From: an uncultured virus (IMG/VR IMGVR_UViG_3300037804_000366)
Taxonomy: Duplodnaviria; Heunggongvirae; Uroviricota; Caudoviricetes
DNA: 64,000 bases
IMG/VR virus record: IMGVR_UViG_3300037804_000366
Reading direction: 5' to 3' (one strand)
In this document: positions 8,926 to 18,053 of the stretch, piece by piece
Layout of the letters: each line of letters begins with the position of its first letter
Position numbering within the stretch: the stretch's first letter is position 1
Notes under the pieces: generated by a model
Databases searched by the model: none
What the model was told of the DNA's origin: nothing
Seen by the model: the letters and a program-made list of their open reading frames with translations, nothing else
Translations under genes and position numbers: made by a program

Positions 8926-10587
8926 ATGACATGGATAATACCAACAAAACGATTAATGCGATTAGTTTGTTCGCCGGCTTCGGAGGACTCGAAACAGGCG
9001 TCAGAGCTGCGATCCCAAATTTGCGAGTCGTCGCTTACGTGGAACGGGAAGCATACGCTCTCGCGCTATTGGCTCAAAAAGTTAAAGACGGTGTACTGGA
9101 TGAAGCCCTTCTTTGGCCAGATATCACTACCTTCCCAGCAAAAAAACTTGCTGAAGAAATACCGATCCACGTTGTCCTCGCAGGTTATCCCTGTCAAGAC
9201 TTTAGCTGTGCCGGAAAGCGAGCGGGTCTGGGAGGGGATAAAGGAAAAATGTGGGGATACACAAGGTCAGTGCTTAATGGATGCAATGCTCCCGCCTTTA
9301 TCGGAGAAAACGTCGGAGGACACCTCTCGCTTGGATTCGACACAGTCATCAGCGATCTGGCAGAGGATGGTTACCGCGTTGACGCAGGAATTCAAAGCGC
9401 TGAAGCTGTGGGACTCCCTCATCTTAGGAAGCGAGTATTTTCTTTCGCGATCAAGACCGATATTCGGGAATGGGGAATCAGGGAGCCTGATGAACTCATC
9501 CAAGCCTGTAGAGACTCAAACAGACAGCACGAACTTCGCGACCCCACAAGCCAGAGACTGGAAGGGGCCGCAAGGAAGGAGCTTCAAGGGAACGGCAATG
9601 GATCTTCCCGCAATGACGGAGAAGGGCTGGTCGGAGACGAAGCTAGAGAGTCACGCGGTGAAGGAAGAAATGAAGGAGCAAGCGAGAGCGGGACAATTGG
9701 AGATAATGTTCGACTACGAGGAGACTCCACCGAATATGTACCCAACTCCGAGAGTGGCAGACAAAGCGGGGAGCTTACAGAACCCAGCCGAGATGACGAG
9801 CGGAGGGTTCAGGACGACAAGGGAGAGGTCGGGTCTAACGTTCGGGGCGATGTTGAGCCAAGCGGTGTCAGCGATAGAGGAGAAGAAATGGTCAACCCCA
9901 TGCGTGGGGGATCAGACGGACGAGAACTTGGAGAGGTGGGAAGAGAGACAGGAGAGGAAGAAGAAGGAGGGGATAAACCTGCACGAGAAACTGGACATAC
10001 AGGTGAAGAAGATAGAGAGGGAGCAGACTACGCCCTCACCCTCGCCAAACTCTACGATGAAGGATACCCATCCACAATCTATGGAGAAGACGGAAGACCA
10101 TACATCCAATTCGGAGATGTGGGGAACTCCGAACACGATGGATCATCTACCGAGCAGAAGCTACGAAGCGATGAAGGAGACGGCACAGAACGGGGGGAGG
10201 AAGAACAGGAGCAAGCCATCGAATCTGAGGGAGCAGATAGATCCATTGATGTGCCAAGCGTACGTGGATGCGAAGAAGGAGGCGAGCGAGAAGAAGTGGG
10301 GAACTCCAAACACGATGGACTACTTGCCACCGAAGGAGGGGGAAGCCTTGGAGCGCAACAAAAAGAAGGGGGGATGCAAGAACTTGAGGGAAGATGTGAA
10401 CTCCATCCAGTTAGAGCACCAGCACGACCCGGACAGAATAGATATGACTGGGAAGTCTCCAGAACCGAAAAAGCAAGTTCTAAACCCTTCGTGGGTCGAG
10501 GGATTGATGATGCTACCCACGGGTTACACCCTAATCAAATCAGACAAGATAGAATTAGATTGTGCGGAAATGGAGTCGTATGGCTGA
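8926..10587 (+). CDS. Overlapping-frame partner (beta) of the C5 MTase carrying TRD-like xxTP repeats and motif IX
   Basis: Starts MTWIIP at ATG 8926; FATPQARDWKG, YPTP, WSTP, 2x WGTPNTMD; LNPSWVEGLMMLPTGYT. Confidence 0.7.
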   Translation: MTWIIPTKRLMRLVCSPASEDSKQASELRSQICESSLTWNGKHTLSRYWLKKLKTVYWMKPFFGQISLPSQQKNLLKKYRSTLSSQVIPVKTLAVPESERVWEGIKEKCGDTQGQCLMDAMLPPLSEKTSEDTSRLDSTQSSAIWQRMVTALTQEFKALKLWDSLILGSEYFLSRSRPIFGNGESGSLMNSSKPVETQTDSTNFATPQARDWKGPQGRSFKGTAMDLPAMTEKGWSETKLESHAVKEEMKEQARAGQLEIMFDYEETPPNMYPTPRVADKAGSLQNPAEMTSGGFRTTRERSGLTFGAMLSQAVSAIEEKKWSTPCVGDQTDENLERWEERQERKKKEGINLHEKLDIQVKKIEREQTTPSPSPNSTMKDTHPQSMEKTEDHTSNSEMWGTPNTMDHLPSRSYEAMKETAQNGGRKNRSKPSNLREQIDPLMCQAYVDAKKEASEKKWGTPNTMDYLPPKEGEALERNKKKGGCKNLREDVNSIQLEHQHDPDRIDMTGKSPEPKKQVLNPSWVEGLMMLPTGYTLIKSDKIELDCAEMESYG

Positions 10588-10676
10588 CCGCGGCTAGGGC
10601 TATTTCAGAGATATACGTTAAGCATAAAAAATGGTTGACTGAGTTTCTTAATTCTGATCAAAAGGAGGTGCAATGA
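8931..10676 (+). CDS. C5-cytosine DNA methyltransferase, catalytic (alpha) frame
   Basis: Motif I LFAGFGG, IV GYPCQ, VI ENV, VIII RKRVF, X RIRLCGNGVV. Confidence 0.85.
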   Translation: MDNTNKTINAISLFAGFGGLETGVRAAIPNLRVVAYVEREAYALALLAQKVKDGVLDEALLWPDITTFPAKKLAEEIPIHVVLAGYPCQDFSCAGKRAGLGGDKGKMWGYTRSVLNGCNAPAFIGENVGGHLSLGFDTVISDLAEDGYRVDAGIQSAEAVGLPHLRKRVFSFAIKTDIREWGIREPDELIQACRDSNRQHELRDPTSQRLEGAARKELQGNGNGSSRNDGEGLVGDEARESRGEGRNEGASESGTIGDNVRLRGDSTEYVPNSESGRQSGELTEPSRDDERRVQDDKGEVGSNVRGDVEPSGVSDRGEEMVNPMRGGSDGRELGEVGRETGEEEEGGDKPARETGHTGEEDREGADYALTLAKLYDEGYPSTIYGEDGRPYIQFGDVGNSEHDGSSTEQKLRSDEGDGTERGEEEQEQAIESEGADRSIDVPSVRGCEEGGEREEVGNSKHDGLLATEGGGSLGAQQKEGGMQELEGRCELHPVRAPARPGQNRYDWEVSRTEKASSKPFVGRGIDDATHGLHPNQIRQDRIRLCGNGVVWLTAARAISEIYVKHKKWLTEFLNSDQKEVQ

Positions 10677-11065
10677 GTAAGTTAGCCAAGACTAAAAAAG
10701 CACAGGTCGCCTCAAAAGCTTCAACCATTGAAGGGATGGTAAGACAGTCTACTGAAACCCCACTACCAGAAAAGGAAAAGATTAAGGTAGAGCCTGAAGA
10801 GAAGACGTCCAAAGGAAAGGAACAAACCCTTATCAGGTGTATGGGTATATATGACCCTCACACCTCATTATATACGATCAGGATAGATGATGGCACGTAT
10901 AACGGATCACCTATTGGGTTCAGATTGGCTAAGAAAGATCCATTACCAGAATTTGTAACTGAAACAGCAAACGAAAGCGATGTACCAGAATTGGTAATCG
11001 CATGGCAAGATTATATAAACAAACAAAACGAAGGTATCAAAAGATACTACACAAAGAGTAAATAG
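10673..11065 (+). CDS. Hypothetical protein
   Basis: ATGA-coupled, AAGGAGGT upstream. Confidence 0.65.
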   Translation: MSKLAKTKKAQVASKASTIEGMVRQSTETPLPEKEKIKVEPEEKTSKGKEQTLIRCMGIYDPHTSLYTIRIDDGTYNGSPIGFRLAKKDPLPEFVTETANESDVPELVIAWQDYINKQNEGIKRYYTKSK

Positions 11066-11111
11066 TTTTCTTCTGTATAGCGGTTGGGTATTGCCGCGCC
11101 TCATGTGTGTG

Positions 11112-11151
11112 AGAGGGGGGTCTGCGTTAGTTCGTAGCCCCCCTCTTTTTT
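11112..11151 (+). terminator. Intrinsic terminator
   Basis: AGAGGGGGG...CCCCCTCT followed by T-run. Confidence 0.65.
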
Positions 11152-11158
11152 GTAATGG

Positions 11159-11182
11159 TTGACATTTCATACATTACTTATG
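11159..11182 (+). promoter_or_regulatory. TTGACA-N15-ATG element (first of 9 copies)
   Basis: TTGACA also at 15656, 19443, 34667, 35566, 39137, 44537, 46648, 48013, each 14-15 nt before an ATG. Confidence 0.7.
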
Positions 11183-11575
11183 AATCCATACGAACTAGGA
11201 GCAAACCAATTACTTATAGCTTTTGACGCAGTCTCTGACTTCAACAAAGCATCTAGCGGATCATACAAGGATGCCAAAAAGTATGACCAAGCCAAGGACT
11301 TTAGAAACAAGAAAGCCGCATTTGATGCCCAGAGGCAAGGTAAGGTCGTTAAGCAAATTCAGGCTAAAAGAGACAAGCTAAATAGAAGACAAGCATTTCA
11401 GGACTTGAAGAAACCCCTGCCACAATCTTCCGCACCTAAGCCAGCCGCAGTTAAAGTCAAAAAGGTAAAGAAACCTAAGACTGTGGGTAGAAAAGCTATG
11501 AAGTTTCTTAAGAGAAATAAAGTTGGAATGGGACTCGCTGGTGCTGGGGTTCTCGGCGCCGCAATGCTGAACTAG
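11180..11575 (+). CDS. Basic protein, putative virion-internal family (variant tag AVSDF)
   Basis: K/R-rich, C-terminal GMGLAGAGVLGAAML. Confidence 0.7.
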   Translation: MNPYELGANQLLIAFDAVSDFNKASSGSYKDAKKYDQAKDFRNKKAAFDAQRQGKVVKQIQAKRDKLNRRQAFQDLKKPLPQSSAPKPAAVKVKKVKKPKTVGRKAMKFLKRNKVGMGLAGAGVLGAAMLN

Positions 11576-11579
11576 TGCG

Positions 11580-12413
11580 GTGGGTAATAAAAAGGACAAG
11601 AAAAAGAGCTTCGTTAATAAGGCTCGTAGGCTAAACGCGAGTCCTACCCTAATAACCGCGTCCATAGCTCCTTTTGCGGCTATGGCTTTGAAATACAGGC
11701 TAGATAAAAGGGCTGAAGAGAACAGAAGAACCCTTGATGATAAGAAAAGAAGGGATCAGCAAAAGAGAATCGAGAGTATCCTCAATAAAAAGGGTAAGGT
11801 AGATTTACACAATTTTGGATCTGGTGGAAGTTCGGCCATACTGAGGAGAATAGACAAGCTTCGCACATATTTAGGCGTTATTAAAAGAAGTAACGCGAAA
11901 GGGGTAAACGTCGGTGGTAAATCAATGGACACACAGAGAATCAAGATGGACATTGCCAAGCTCCAAAAAAGATACAATCAACGAAGAGAGCAAAGAATGG
12001 CTTTGGAAGCTGGTGATGTCGATAAGGTGATTGAGTTCATCACACCGGCGTTGAATGCGAGAATAGCGCGCTTTATAAAAGATAAATACGGAAAAGCAAA
12101 ATCAAGCGTACGAAGAAAAATAAAGAAGGCAGGAAAGGATTTCGGAGAAGGTTATGGAGAGGGTGTAGCCAGCAAGATAGATAAGAATAAGATAAATAAG
12201 GTCGTACAAGAGGCCGCGGAAAAGGCGGGTGAGAAATTTCAGCAGGGCAGTATAAACGTAAAAGACCCTAAAAGAGCTTTGAAGATCGCGGGCTTAGTCG
12301 CTGGGGGTGCTACACTAGCTGGAGCAGGTGGCGCAATTGGTATTAAGTATGGGAAAAAGGCAACTAAAGCTTTAGGATTAGACGAAGATGAGCGCACTAA
12401 AAAACGCAGGTAA
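11580..12413 (+). CDS. Basic EF-tag family protein
   Basis: LHNF-GSGG and LEAGDVDKVIEF; Gly-rich hydrophobic segment. Confidence 0.7.
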   Translation: MGNKKDKKKSFVNKARRLNASPTLITASIAPFAAMALKYRLDKRAEENRRTLDDKKRRDQQKRIESILNKKGKVDLHNFGSGGSSAILRRIDKLRTYLGVIKRSNAKGVNVGGKSMDTQRIKMDIAKLQKRYNQRREQRMALEAGDVDKVIEFITPALNARIARFIKDKYGKAKSSVRRKIKKAGKDFGEGYGEGVASKIDKNKINKVVQEAAEKAGEKFQQGSINVKDPKRALKIAGLVAGGATLAGAGGAIGIKYGKKATKALGLDEDERTKKRR

Positions 12414-13110
12414 ACGATATTTAAATCTCTTAACTGGTAAAGGTTATAGAGATGCTTCTTCCAAAGTAGATGAAGCCGTAAAGTCTGGAAGTCGCGTGGT
12501 TGGAAGCGCAAGGCGCAAGGCTAAAAGCGAAGCGCAGTATTTGAAAAGACTTAAAGACACGCTTGGCGAGCGAAAAAAACTAGGTCAGAAAGGGTACAAG
12601 CAAGCCCATCCAATTTTTGGTGAGTCTTCAAGGTGGAGTTTTTTGACTGAAAACTTAAGACAAGGCAAAGCCATTCGCAAACAGCGACAAAAGGTCGTTA
12701 AGAGTAATAAGACTCTAAAAGATGCGAGAAGGACAAGAAGAAGCGAAGTTGGTGGCGCAAAAGATGCAGCCCAGACTGAAGGTTATAAGACTGGAGCGAC
12801 AATAGCGGGTACAGTCGCGGCCCCAGTATATGCGACCAATAAATATAACGAGCACAAAAGAAATACCAGCACTAGGTATTACAGGTATTCAGCGGTTGGC
12901 GAACTAATGGAGTTTGCCAAGGGGGATGGCAGTGTAAGTGTTGATCGTGGACATTTGGCTGATCTTAGAAAGAGAGCTATGGCTTCTGGAGAAGCTGGAG
13001 GCGGGAAGAATCTTACAAAAAAACAGAGATACTTAGCCCTGTTGGCCGGTTTGGTTACTGGAGTAGGTGGCACAATAGGAACTCAGAAGCTGTTGGCAAA
13101 GGAAAAATGA
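12388..13110 (+). CDS. Basic EF-tag family protein
   Basis: SAVGELMEF; LALLAGLVTGVGGTIG. Confidence 0.7.
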   Translation: MSALKNAGKRYLNLLTGKGYRDASSKVDEAVKSGSRVVGSARRKAKSEAQYLKRLKDTLGERKKLGQKGYKQAHPIFGESSRWSFLTENLRQGKAIRKQRQKVVKSNKTLKDARRTRRSEVGGAKDAAQTEGYKTGATIAGTVAAPVYATNKYNEHKRNTSTRYYRYSAVGELMEFAKGDGSVSVDRGHLADLRKRAMASGEAGGGKNLTKKQRYLALLAGLVTGVGGTIGTQKLLAKEK

Positions 13111-13379
13111 CCACACTACGAGAATTTAGTGCGCTTGAAGAACTGTTTGAGTTTGCCCAAATGAAACTACCATTTGGTAGAGACATGAGACCCGTACTTG
13201 TGAAGCAGGGTGACAGAGTGCAAAGGTTTCGCAAGCTGGCTAAGGCACAAGGTCATAAAAACTGGGAGAAGAAGGGCGAAGAGTACTATTACAATTTCTT
13301 GAAAAAACACAAAATAAAGCATCATACTGGAGGCTTTCGTAAATACACAGACGAATGGAAAACGGGAGAGACAGCTTAG
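13107..13379 (+). CDS. Basic EF-tag family protein
   Basis: MTTLREFSALEELFEF. Confidence 0.7.
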   Translation: MTTLREFSALEELFEFAQMKLPFGRDMRPVLVKQGDRVQRFRKLAKAQGHKNWEKKGEEYYYNFLKKHKIKHHTGGFRKYTDEWKTGETA

Positions 13380-14086
13380 AGTTTGGAATAGCTCGTGAGC
13401 TTAGAAGAATAAAAGCTCAAGGTTATCGTGCCGTCAACAGGAAGATGGGGCCACTTGATGGCCCAATGGCACATCCTGCAAGATTGACCGCAAGCAGAGA
13501 TAATCTAGTAGAGAGATTGCCAGCTAGGTTTAGGAGCAAAGTTGAAGCTTCTAATAAGCGTTTAAAAGAAAGACAAAAGTCGACGCTTAAGCATGAACAT
13601 GATCGTGGGCCAGCTAAGAGGCGTGAAAGAAGTAAGAGAAGAGTAAAGCGCGCACCAAGGCGTGTGGCTTTACAACTTGAATCACTAGAGGAACTGTTTG
13701 AGTTTGCTGTTATGCCTAAAGATCAAGCAGGGCTGTTGCGATTGATGAACAGGATAAGAGATAGAGTGAAAGCTTTAGGGTATGGGCCAAAGCACGAGAG
13801 AAGGCGAGATGAATTAATGAACTGGGCGCAGGATGTGTCTAACAGGAGAGATAAGCTTCTTGGTGTTAAGCATGAGCCTACGGGATATCTCGGTGGTAAG
13901 GTTATGGATGGAAACTCTAATCGCAAGCTACATAAGAGCCGTAAGAAAGAGTACGAATATAAAAGAGATTTGGAAAAGCTAAACAGGGCAACCAACAAGG
14001 CTGATCCAAGAGGCAAAGACCCAAAGAAGGTGGCAAAGATTCAGGCAAGCAGAAAGAAACTACTTAAAAAGTTAGGATGGGAGTGA
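13355..14086 (+). CDS. Basic EF-tag family protein (two modules)
   Basis: DSLEF-GIAR and LESLEELFEF. Confidence 0.7.
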   Translation: MENGRDSLEFGIARELRRIKAQGYRAVNRKMGPLDGPMAHPARLTASRDNLVERLPARFRSKVEASNKRLKERQKSTLKHEHDRGPAKRRERSKRRVKRAPRRVALQLESLEELFEFAVMPKDQAGLLRLMNRIRDRVKALGYGPKHERRRDELMNWAQDVSNRRDKLLGVKHEPTGYLGGKVMDGNSNRKLHKSRKKEYEYKRDLEKLNRATNKADPRGKDPKKVAKIQASRKKLLKKLGWE

Positions 14087-14435
14087 TGTACGAAGCGCTA
14101 GACGAGATCTTTGAGTTCATCTCAAAGAAAGAAGCAAATGAAATAAGAAGGCAAGCCATAGATGTCTATAGCGCAGACGACCCAAGGCTGGCTGTTACGC
14201 GGTCACCTTTACATGAAAGAATACCCGGAGATGAAAACAGGTACATGACTCGCAATGATAGGTTAGCGTATCACAAGAAACATGCTCGAAAGGCTCGCAG
14301 AGGAAGGGCGGGAAGGCGATTAGCTGGTGGCGCGCTTGGACTAGCTACACTCGTTGGGGCAAGCGCCTTAATTAATGCTAAGAATAAGAAGGATAAGTGA
14401 GTGATGTACGAAGCATTAGACGAGATCTTTGAGTT
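14081..14435 (+). repeat. Dispersed 37-bp direct repeat (14081-14117, 14399-14435) encoding MYEALDEIFEF
   Basis: GAGTGATGTACGAAGC(GC/AT)TAGACGAGATCTTTGAGTT, 35/37 identical. Confidence 0.9.
14086..14400 (+). CDS. Basic EF-tag family protein
   Basis: MYEALDEIFEF; TGATG coupling; Gly-rich C-terminal helix. Confidence 0.7.
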   Translation: MYEALDEIFEFISKKEANEIRRQAIDVYSADDPRLAVTRSPLHERIPGDENRYMTRNDRLAYHKKHARKARRGRAGRRLAGGALGLATLVGASALINAKNKKDK

Positions 14436-15219
14436 TAAAGAGCGTAAGAAGAAGCGTAAGGACTCAGACAAATACACAAAGCCTGCGCTCGCCGCAGCTC
14501 AGTTGTATGCAGGTAAGCGAGCATTAGAAGCTGGGGCGGAAAGGGTTCTGGGGGTTCAGAGATTCGTGCATGGCTCGTCAAAAGAAGGTGCTAAAAGCAT
14601 ACTAAAGGAGGGATTAAAAGGGTCACACGGAGGTTCAGCCAAGGGGTCTTCAGCGGGGTTGGCTGGCGACAAGGCTATAGATGATCTGGTTGGGGGCAAA
14701 GGGGCTTCCGATGCGCAAGCAAAGTTCCTGCAGGAAAATAGCAAAGGCAGGGCATATGTGTTTAAGGACACGCCATTGCGAAGGAGACTCGCGAGCGCAC
14801 ACGCATCGTTAGCTGAAGAGAAGAAAGGCATGAAATCAATGATAAAGGGAGCATTGGGTGTCGGAGGAGGCAAGAAGGTGTATGGCGAGATGAGCGTGGA
14901 TGACTTTAAGAAAAGAATGGAGCTAGACCCAGACTATGGCGGAGGCGAGTCAGCGAAGAAAGCTGGAGCTTATCGTACTAAGCGCCAAGACCTCCTTGGT
15001 ACCCCAGACACCATAAAGCCCATGAGTAAGAGGCGAGGTAGTTTGGTTCGCTTATACAAGGCTAGATCTAAAAACATACCGAACTACATGCGAAACAATA
15101 AGGGCAGGGCTTTGCTTGGGTTAGCCTCAATACTAGGCTCAGGCGCACTGGGCACAGCCGCATACAAAAATGTCAAGAAGAGTAGAGAAGCATGGAAGGA
15201 TGAGAAGAAAGCCAAGTGA
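14404..15219 (+). CDS. EF-tag family protein with ADP-ribosyltransferase-like core
   Basis: MYEALDEIFEF; FVHGSSKEGAKSILKEGL...RAYVF...LASAHA. Confidence 0.6.
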   Translation: MYEALDEIFEFKERKKKRKDSDKYTKPALAAAQLYAGKRALEAGAERVLGVQRFVHGSSKEGAKSILKEGLKGSHGGSAKGSSAGLAGDKAIDDLVGGKGASDAQAKFLQENSKGRAYVFKDTPLRRRLASAHASLAEEKKGMKSMIKGALGVGGGKKVYGEMSVDDFKKRMELDPDYGGGESAKKAGAYRTKRQDLLGTPDTIKPMSKRRGSLVRLYKARSKNIPNYMRNNKGRALLGLASILGSGALGTAAYKNVKKSREAWKDEKKAK

Positions 15220-15441
15220 TATACCCAGCATCCATGCTCTATGAGTACGACATACGCGAGACATACCCACACACTATGGGTGAGTACATGCTCATGGTTC
15301 AGTACCTCATGATATGTATAACACACAGCACATAAACATATCGCGACAAGGAATCTATTAGAGTCATGGTTACAAACGAAGGTCCCAGCGATGGCGCAGA
15401 AAAAGAGAATTTTGATTTTTTGTTAATGTCTCACTCGACTT

Positions 15442-15675
15442 ATGGAAATAAATAGTAACAGCTTGTCGGTATTTGAGGGTGAGATTTATATTTTCCTCGC
15501 AGACTGCTCCAGAATCTTAACTTCCTCTAAGGGAGCATCTTGCGGCGATAAAATGAAGACTTCTTTGTCAGGAAAAAATGGCAGTGAACAAGAAATGGAA
15601 AATCTAGTTCCACAAACAGAGACGCGCGACGACAACATTGTCGCGTTCCCCACAGTTGACATGAGAGGGAAATAG
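15442..15675 (+). CDS. Possible small hypothetical protein (true start uncertain)
   Basis: ORF only; ends DNIVAFPTVDMRGK. Confidence 0.3.
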   Translation: MEINSNSLSVFEGEIYIFLADCSRILTSSKGASCGDKMKTSLSGKNGSEQEMENLVPQTETRDDNIVAFPTVDMRGK

Positions 15676-15676
15676 T

Positions 15677-16681
15677 ATGCAAAGTAAAGGAGGAGGGATA
15701 ATTAAACAGCCATTGAAAAAGGGCATATCAAAAGTCTTCAAAAAGATCACGAGAAGGCGTAATGCGGCAAACCCTACGGGCTTAAGACTTAAGAACCCAA
15801 ATGTGCGTACTAAGCGTCCAGCGTCCAGCGGTCACAAAAACAGAATGCACAACATCAGTCAGAGGGCATCTGGTGGTTTAAAGAAATTTAACAAGTCGAT
15901 GGGCAGTCAAGACCTTAGCAAGCTAAAACCTACGACCTCAAAATGGGGTGGCGATAAAGCCGGCGGGGGCTTTATCAACAAAGCAATGCGTAACCCTGCG
16001 GTTGCAAGAAAATATCAACTTGAAGGCTTTGCTAATGTTCCTTTGGCAAAAATGGCAAAGGACGGAATACAAAATGTTGGCGCAGGTAGAAAGATTTCGA
16101 CAACTCAAGCGGAAGCCAGAAAAGGAGCTTTTGCGAAAAAGCCATTACCTATGCCTTTCCCCATGATGGCTGGAGGAGGAAACATAGCCGCGCGAGCTGG
16201 TCAATACATGGGAGCGTTAATGGACGACTCCATAGAGTTCGGATCCGGTGGTATCGCTCGCTTGGGCAGAAAAGCGAAGGGGCTTCTCAAGAAGCAACAA
16301 CGTAAGCTAAAAGAGACGGACCGATATACCCATGATGGCAAATACAAGCCTGATGTGGGCATCCCGACTGCTTATGGAAGCAAGCCCAAGCGCATAGCAT
16401 CTGCGGCAAAAGCAAGCGCTGATCGCGCCGAAGCCCTAGCTCGGCGAAAAAGCAGGATCATTAAAAATCTAGGCAGAAAAGATCGTTACGGGAGAAAGCC
16501 CCAGATGAAAAAGAAACCAAAACCCGGAAGTGAGCTTGATGCGTTCAGGGAATCACACGCTCGCGCAGGAACGAGAGTTGCCACACGAAAAAGATTGCGA
16601 AAGGGGCCTTCGGCTGGAAGTGACCCCAATGCACATTTACTAAGGCGTGACCCCAATGCACATTTACTAAGGCGTCGATAA
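15677..16681 (+). CDS. Basic EF-tag family protein (multi-module)
   Basis: QLEGF; LMDDSIEF-GSGG; preceded by TTGACA-N15. Confidence 0.7.
   Translation: MQSKGGGIIKQPLKKGISKVFKKITRRRNAANPTGLRLKNPNVRTKRPASSGHKNRMHNISQRASGGLKKFNKSMGSQDLSKLKPTTSKWGGDKAGGGFINKAMRNPAVARKYQLEGFANVPLAKMAKDGIQNVGAGRKISTTQAEARKGAFAKKPLPMPFPMMAGGGNIAARAGQYMGALMDDSIEFGSGGIARLGRKAKGLLKKQQRKLKETDRYTHDGKYKPDVGIPTAYGSKPKRIASAAKASADRAEALARRKSRIIKNLGRKDRYGRKPQMKKKPKPGSELDAFRESHARAGTRVATRKRLRKGPSAGSDPNAHLLRRDPNAHLLRRR
16621..16674 (+). repeat. Perfect 27-bp tandem duplication (DPNAHLLRR x2)
   Basis: TGACCCCAATGCACATTTACTAAGGCG twice. Confidence 0.95.
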
Positions 16682-17614
16682 GTGGCTAAAGACAAAGACA
16701 AAGACTCAGCCGCGCGGAAAACCGCACGGTACACGGGTGCGGCTTTGACTGCAGCTGGAGTACTTGGTGCGATCAAGGGTCGTCCATTTCTTAAGATGAC
16801 AGCGCGTCGAGCGACTGGAAAAAAAGACCCACAAAAAGATTTAAGTGATTATATAGCCGGAAGCCAGACTGCGATGAATGAAGGAATTACTGGTAAACTA
16901 TATGGAGCTAAACTCAAAAGAGAAGCAAAGAGATATCCCAGACAATCGCGCGTAACTGGCGGAGGACAGGTACACTCTAAAAGATCGCTAAAGTACGAAA
17001 ACGAGAAAATAGCTAAAGCGATTCGCAAAGCAAAGGCAGAGGGTAAAAGTACTAAGGGCATTGCTAAAAAAATAAGAGATGACATAGGAATGGAGAGTTT
17101 TCAAAACTCCCACTATCGTAGATTTCGATCTGGCCATAAAGAAGCATTAAAGCATTACGACTGGGAAGCGTCTTCCAGCATTAGGCATAGGCAAAAAACA
17201 TCGGGTATGGATGGTCGCATGACGCAAGATCCTAAAACTGGCAAGAAAAAGTTTGCCCCGCAAAAGGGAAAAGCCTCTCTTAATAGAATCTCTACGGGAC
17301 GAAAAAAGCTCTTGGGCAGGAACGGGTTGATACAAAGACATTTGAACGAAGGCTTGAATGAAAAGGAAGCCGTTGCCAAAGCTTTGACCGCGAAAGACCC
17401 AGACATCAGAAATTACGCAAAAGCACTAGTTGCGTCAAAGAGTGGTGGCAAAAAGAAATTAGGCCTTAACCCATTAAATGTTTTAGCTGATCAGAATGCA
17501 TATCGTAAATATCAAGCAATCGCAGGAACAGCTTCATCGGGCATTTTGGCAGGCGGTGCGTTGACAGGAGCTTCTTATTTGAAAGCTAAAGATAAGAAAA
17601 AGAAAAAGAAGTGA
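16682..17614 (+). CDS. Very basic protein with two Gly-rich hydrophobic segments (no clear EF tag)
   Basis: TGAALTAAGVLGAI; GILAGGALTGASYL. Confidence 0.7.
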   Translation: MAKDKDKDSAARKTARYTGAALTAAGVLGAIKGRPFLKMTARRATGKKDPQKDLSDYIAGSQTAMNEGITGKLYGAKLKREAKRYPRQSRVTGGGQVHSKRSLKYENEKIAKAIRKAKAEGKSTKGIAKKIRDDIGMESFQNSHYRRFRSGHKEALKHYDWEASSSIRHRQKTSGMDGRMTQDPKTGKKKFAPQKGKASLNRISTGRKKLLGRNGLIQRHLNEGLNEKEAVAKALTAKDPDIRNYAKALVASKSGGKKKLGLNPLNVLADQNAYRKYQAIAGTASSGILAGGALTGASYLKAKDKKKKKK

Positions 17615-18051
17615 AACTAACGCAAAGAGAAAAAATTTTACTCAAATACGTTCTTCCCAAAAAGAAGTTACGAGTTAAGAAAAGACCAAAATCCATAGGC
17701 GAAGCACTAGGAGATTCAAAGCCCTTACATAGTCCAGTATCATTAAGGCATCAAAAGTTTGAAGAAATGAAACACTTAATACAATTAGAAGAGAAGCTTG
17801 ACGACTCGATTGAGTTCGCCATGCTTGGGCCGAATGTAGACAGGCAGGGGCGGAACAAATGGGATCGCGCCGGATTAAAAACTCCGGGTTCAGGCAAGAA
17901 AGCTAAAGCTCGTTCAAGATTTAAGCACAAGGGAACCCATATGCAGGTGACGACAGCATCTGGCAAGAGGATTGTTTTGCCTATGCCGGGCTTACCCCAT
18001 ATGGCTATTTCAGCTCAAATAAAAGCTGCGAAGCATAACGCGAAGAGATAA
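17611..18051 (+). CDS. Basic EF-tag family protein (possible internal start 17767)
   Basis: MKHLIQLEEKLDDSIEF. Confidence 0.7.
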   Translation: MKLTQREKILLKYVLPKKKLRVKKRPKSIGEALGDSKPLHSPVSLRHQKFEEMKHLIQLEEKLDDSIEFAMLGPNVDRQGRNKWDRAGLKTPGSGKKAKARSRFKHKGTHMQVTTASGKRIVLPMPGLPHMAISAQIKAAKHNAKR

Positions 18052-18053
18052 AT

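Noticed and set aside
10110..10330. Diversity-generating retroelement TR/VR pair (duplicated WGTPNTMD DNA)
   Set aside because: Differences are not adenine-specific and no reverse transcriptase is present
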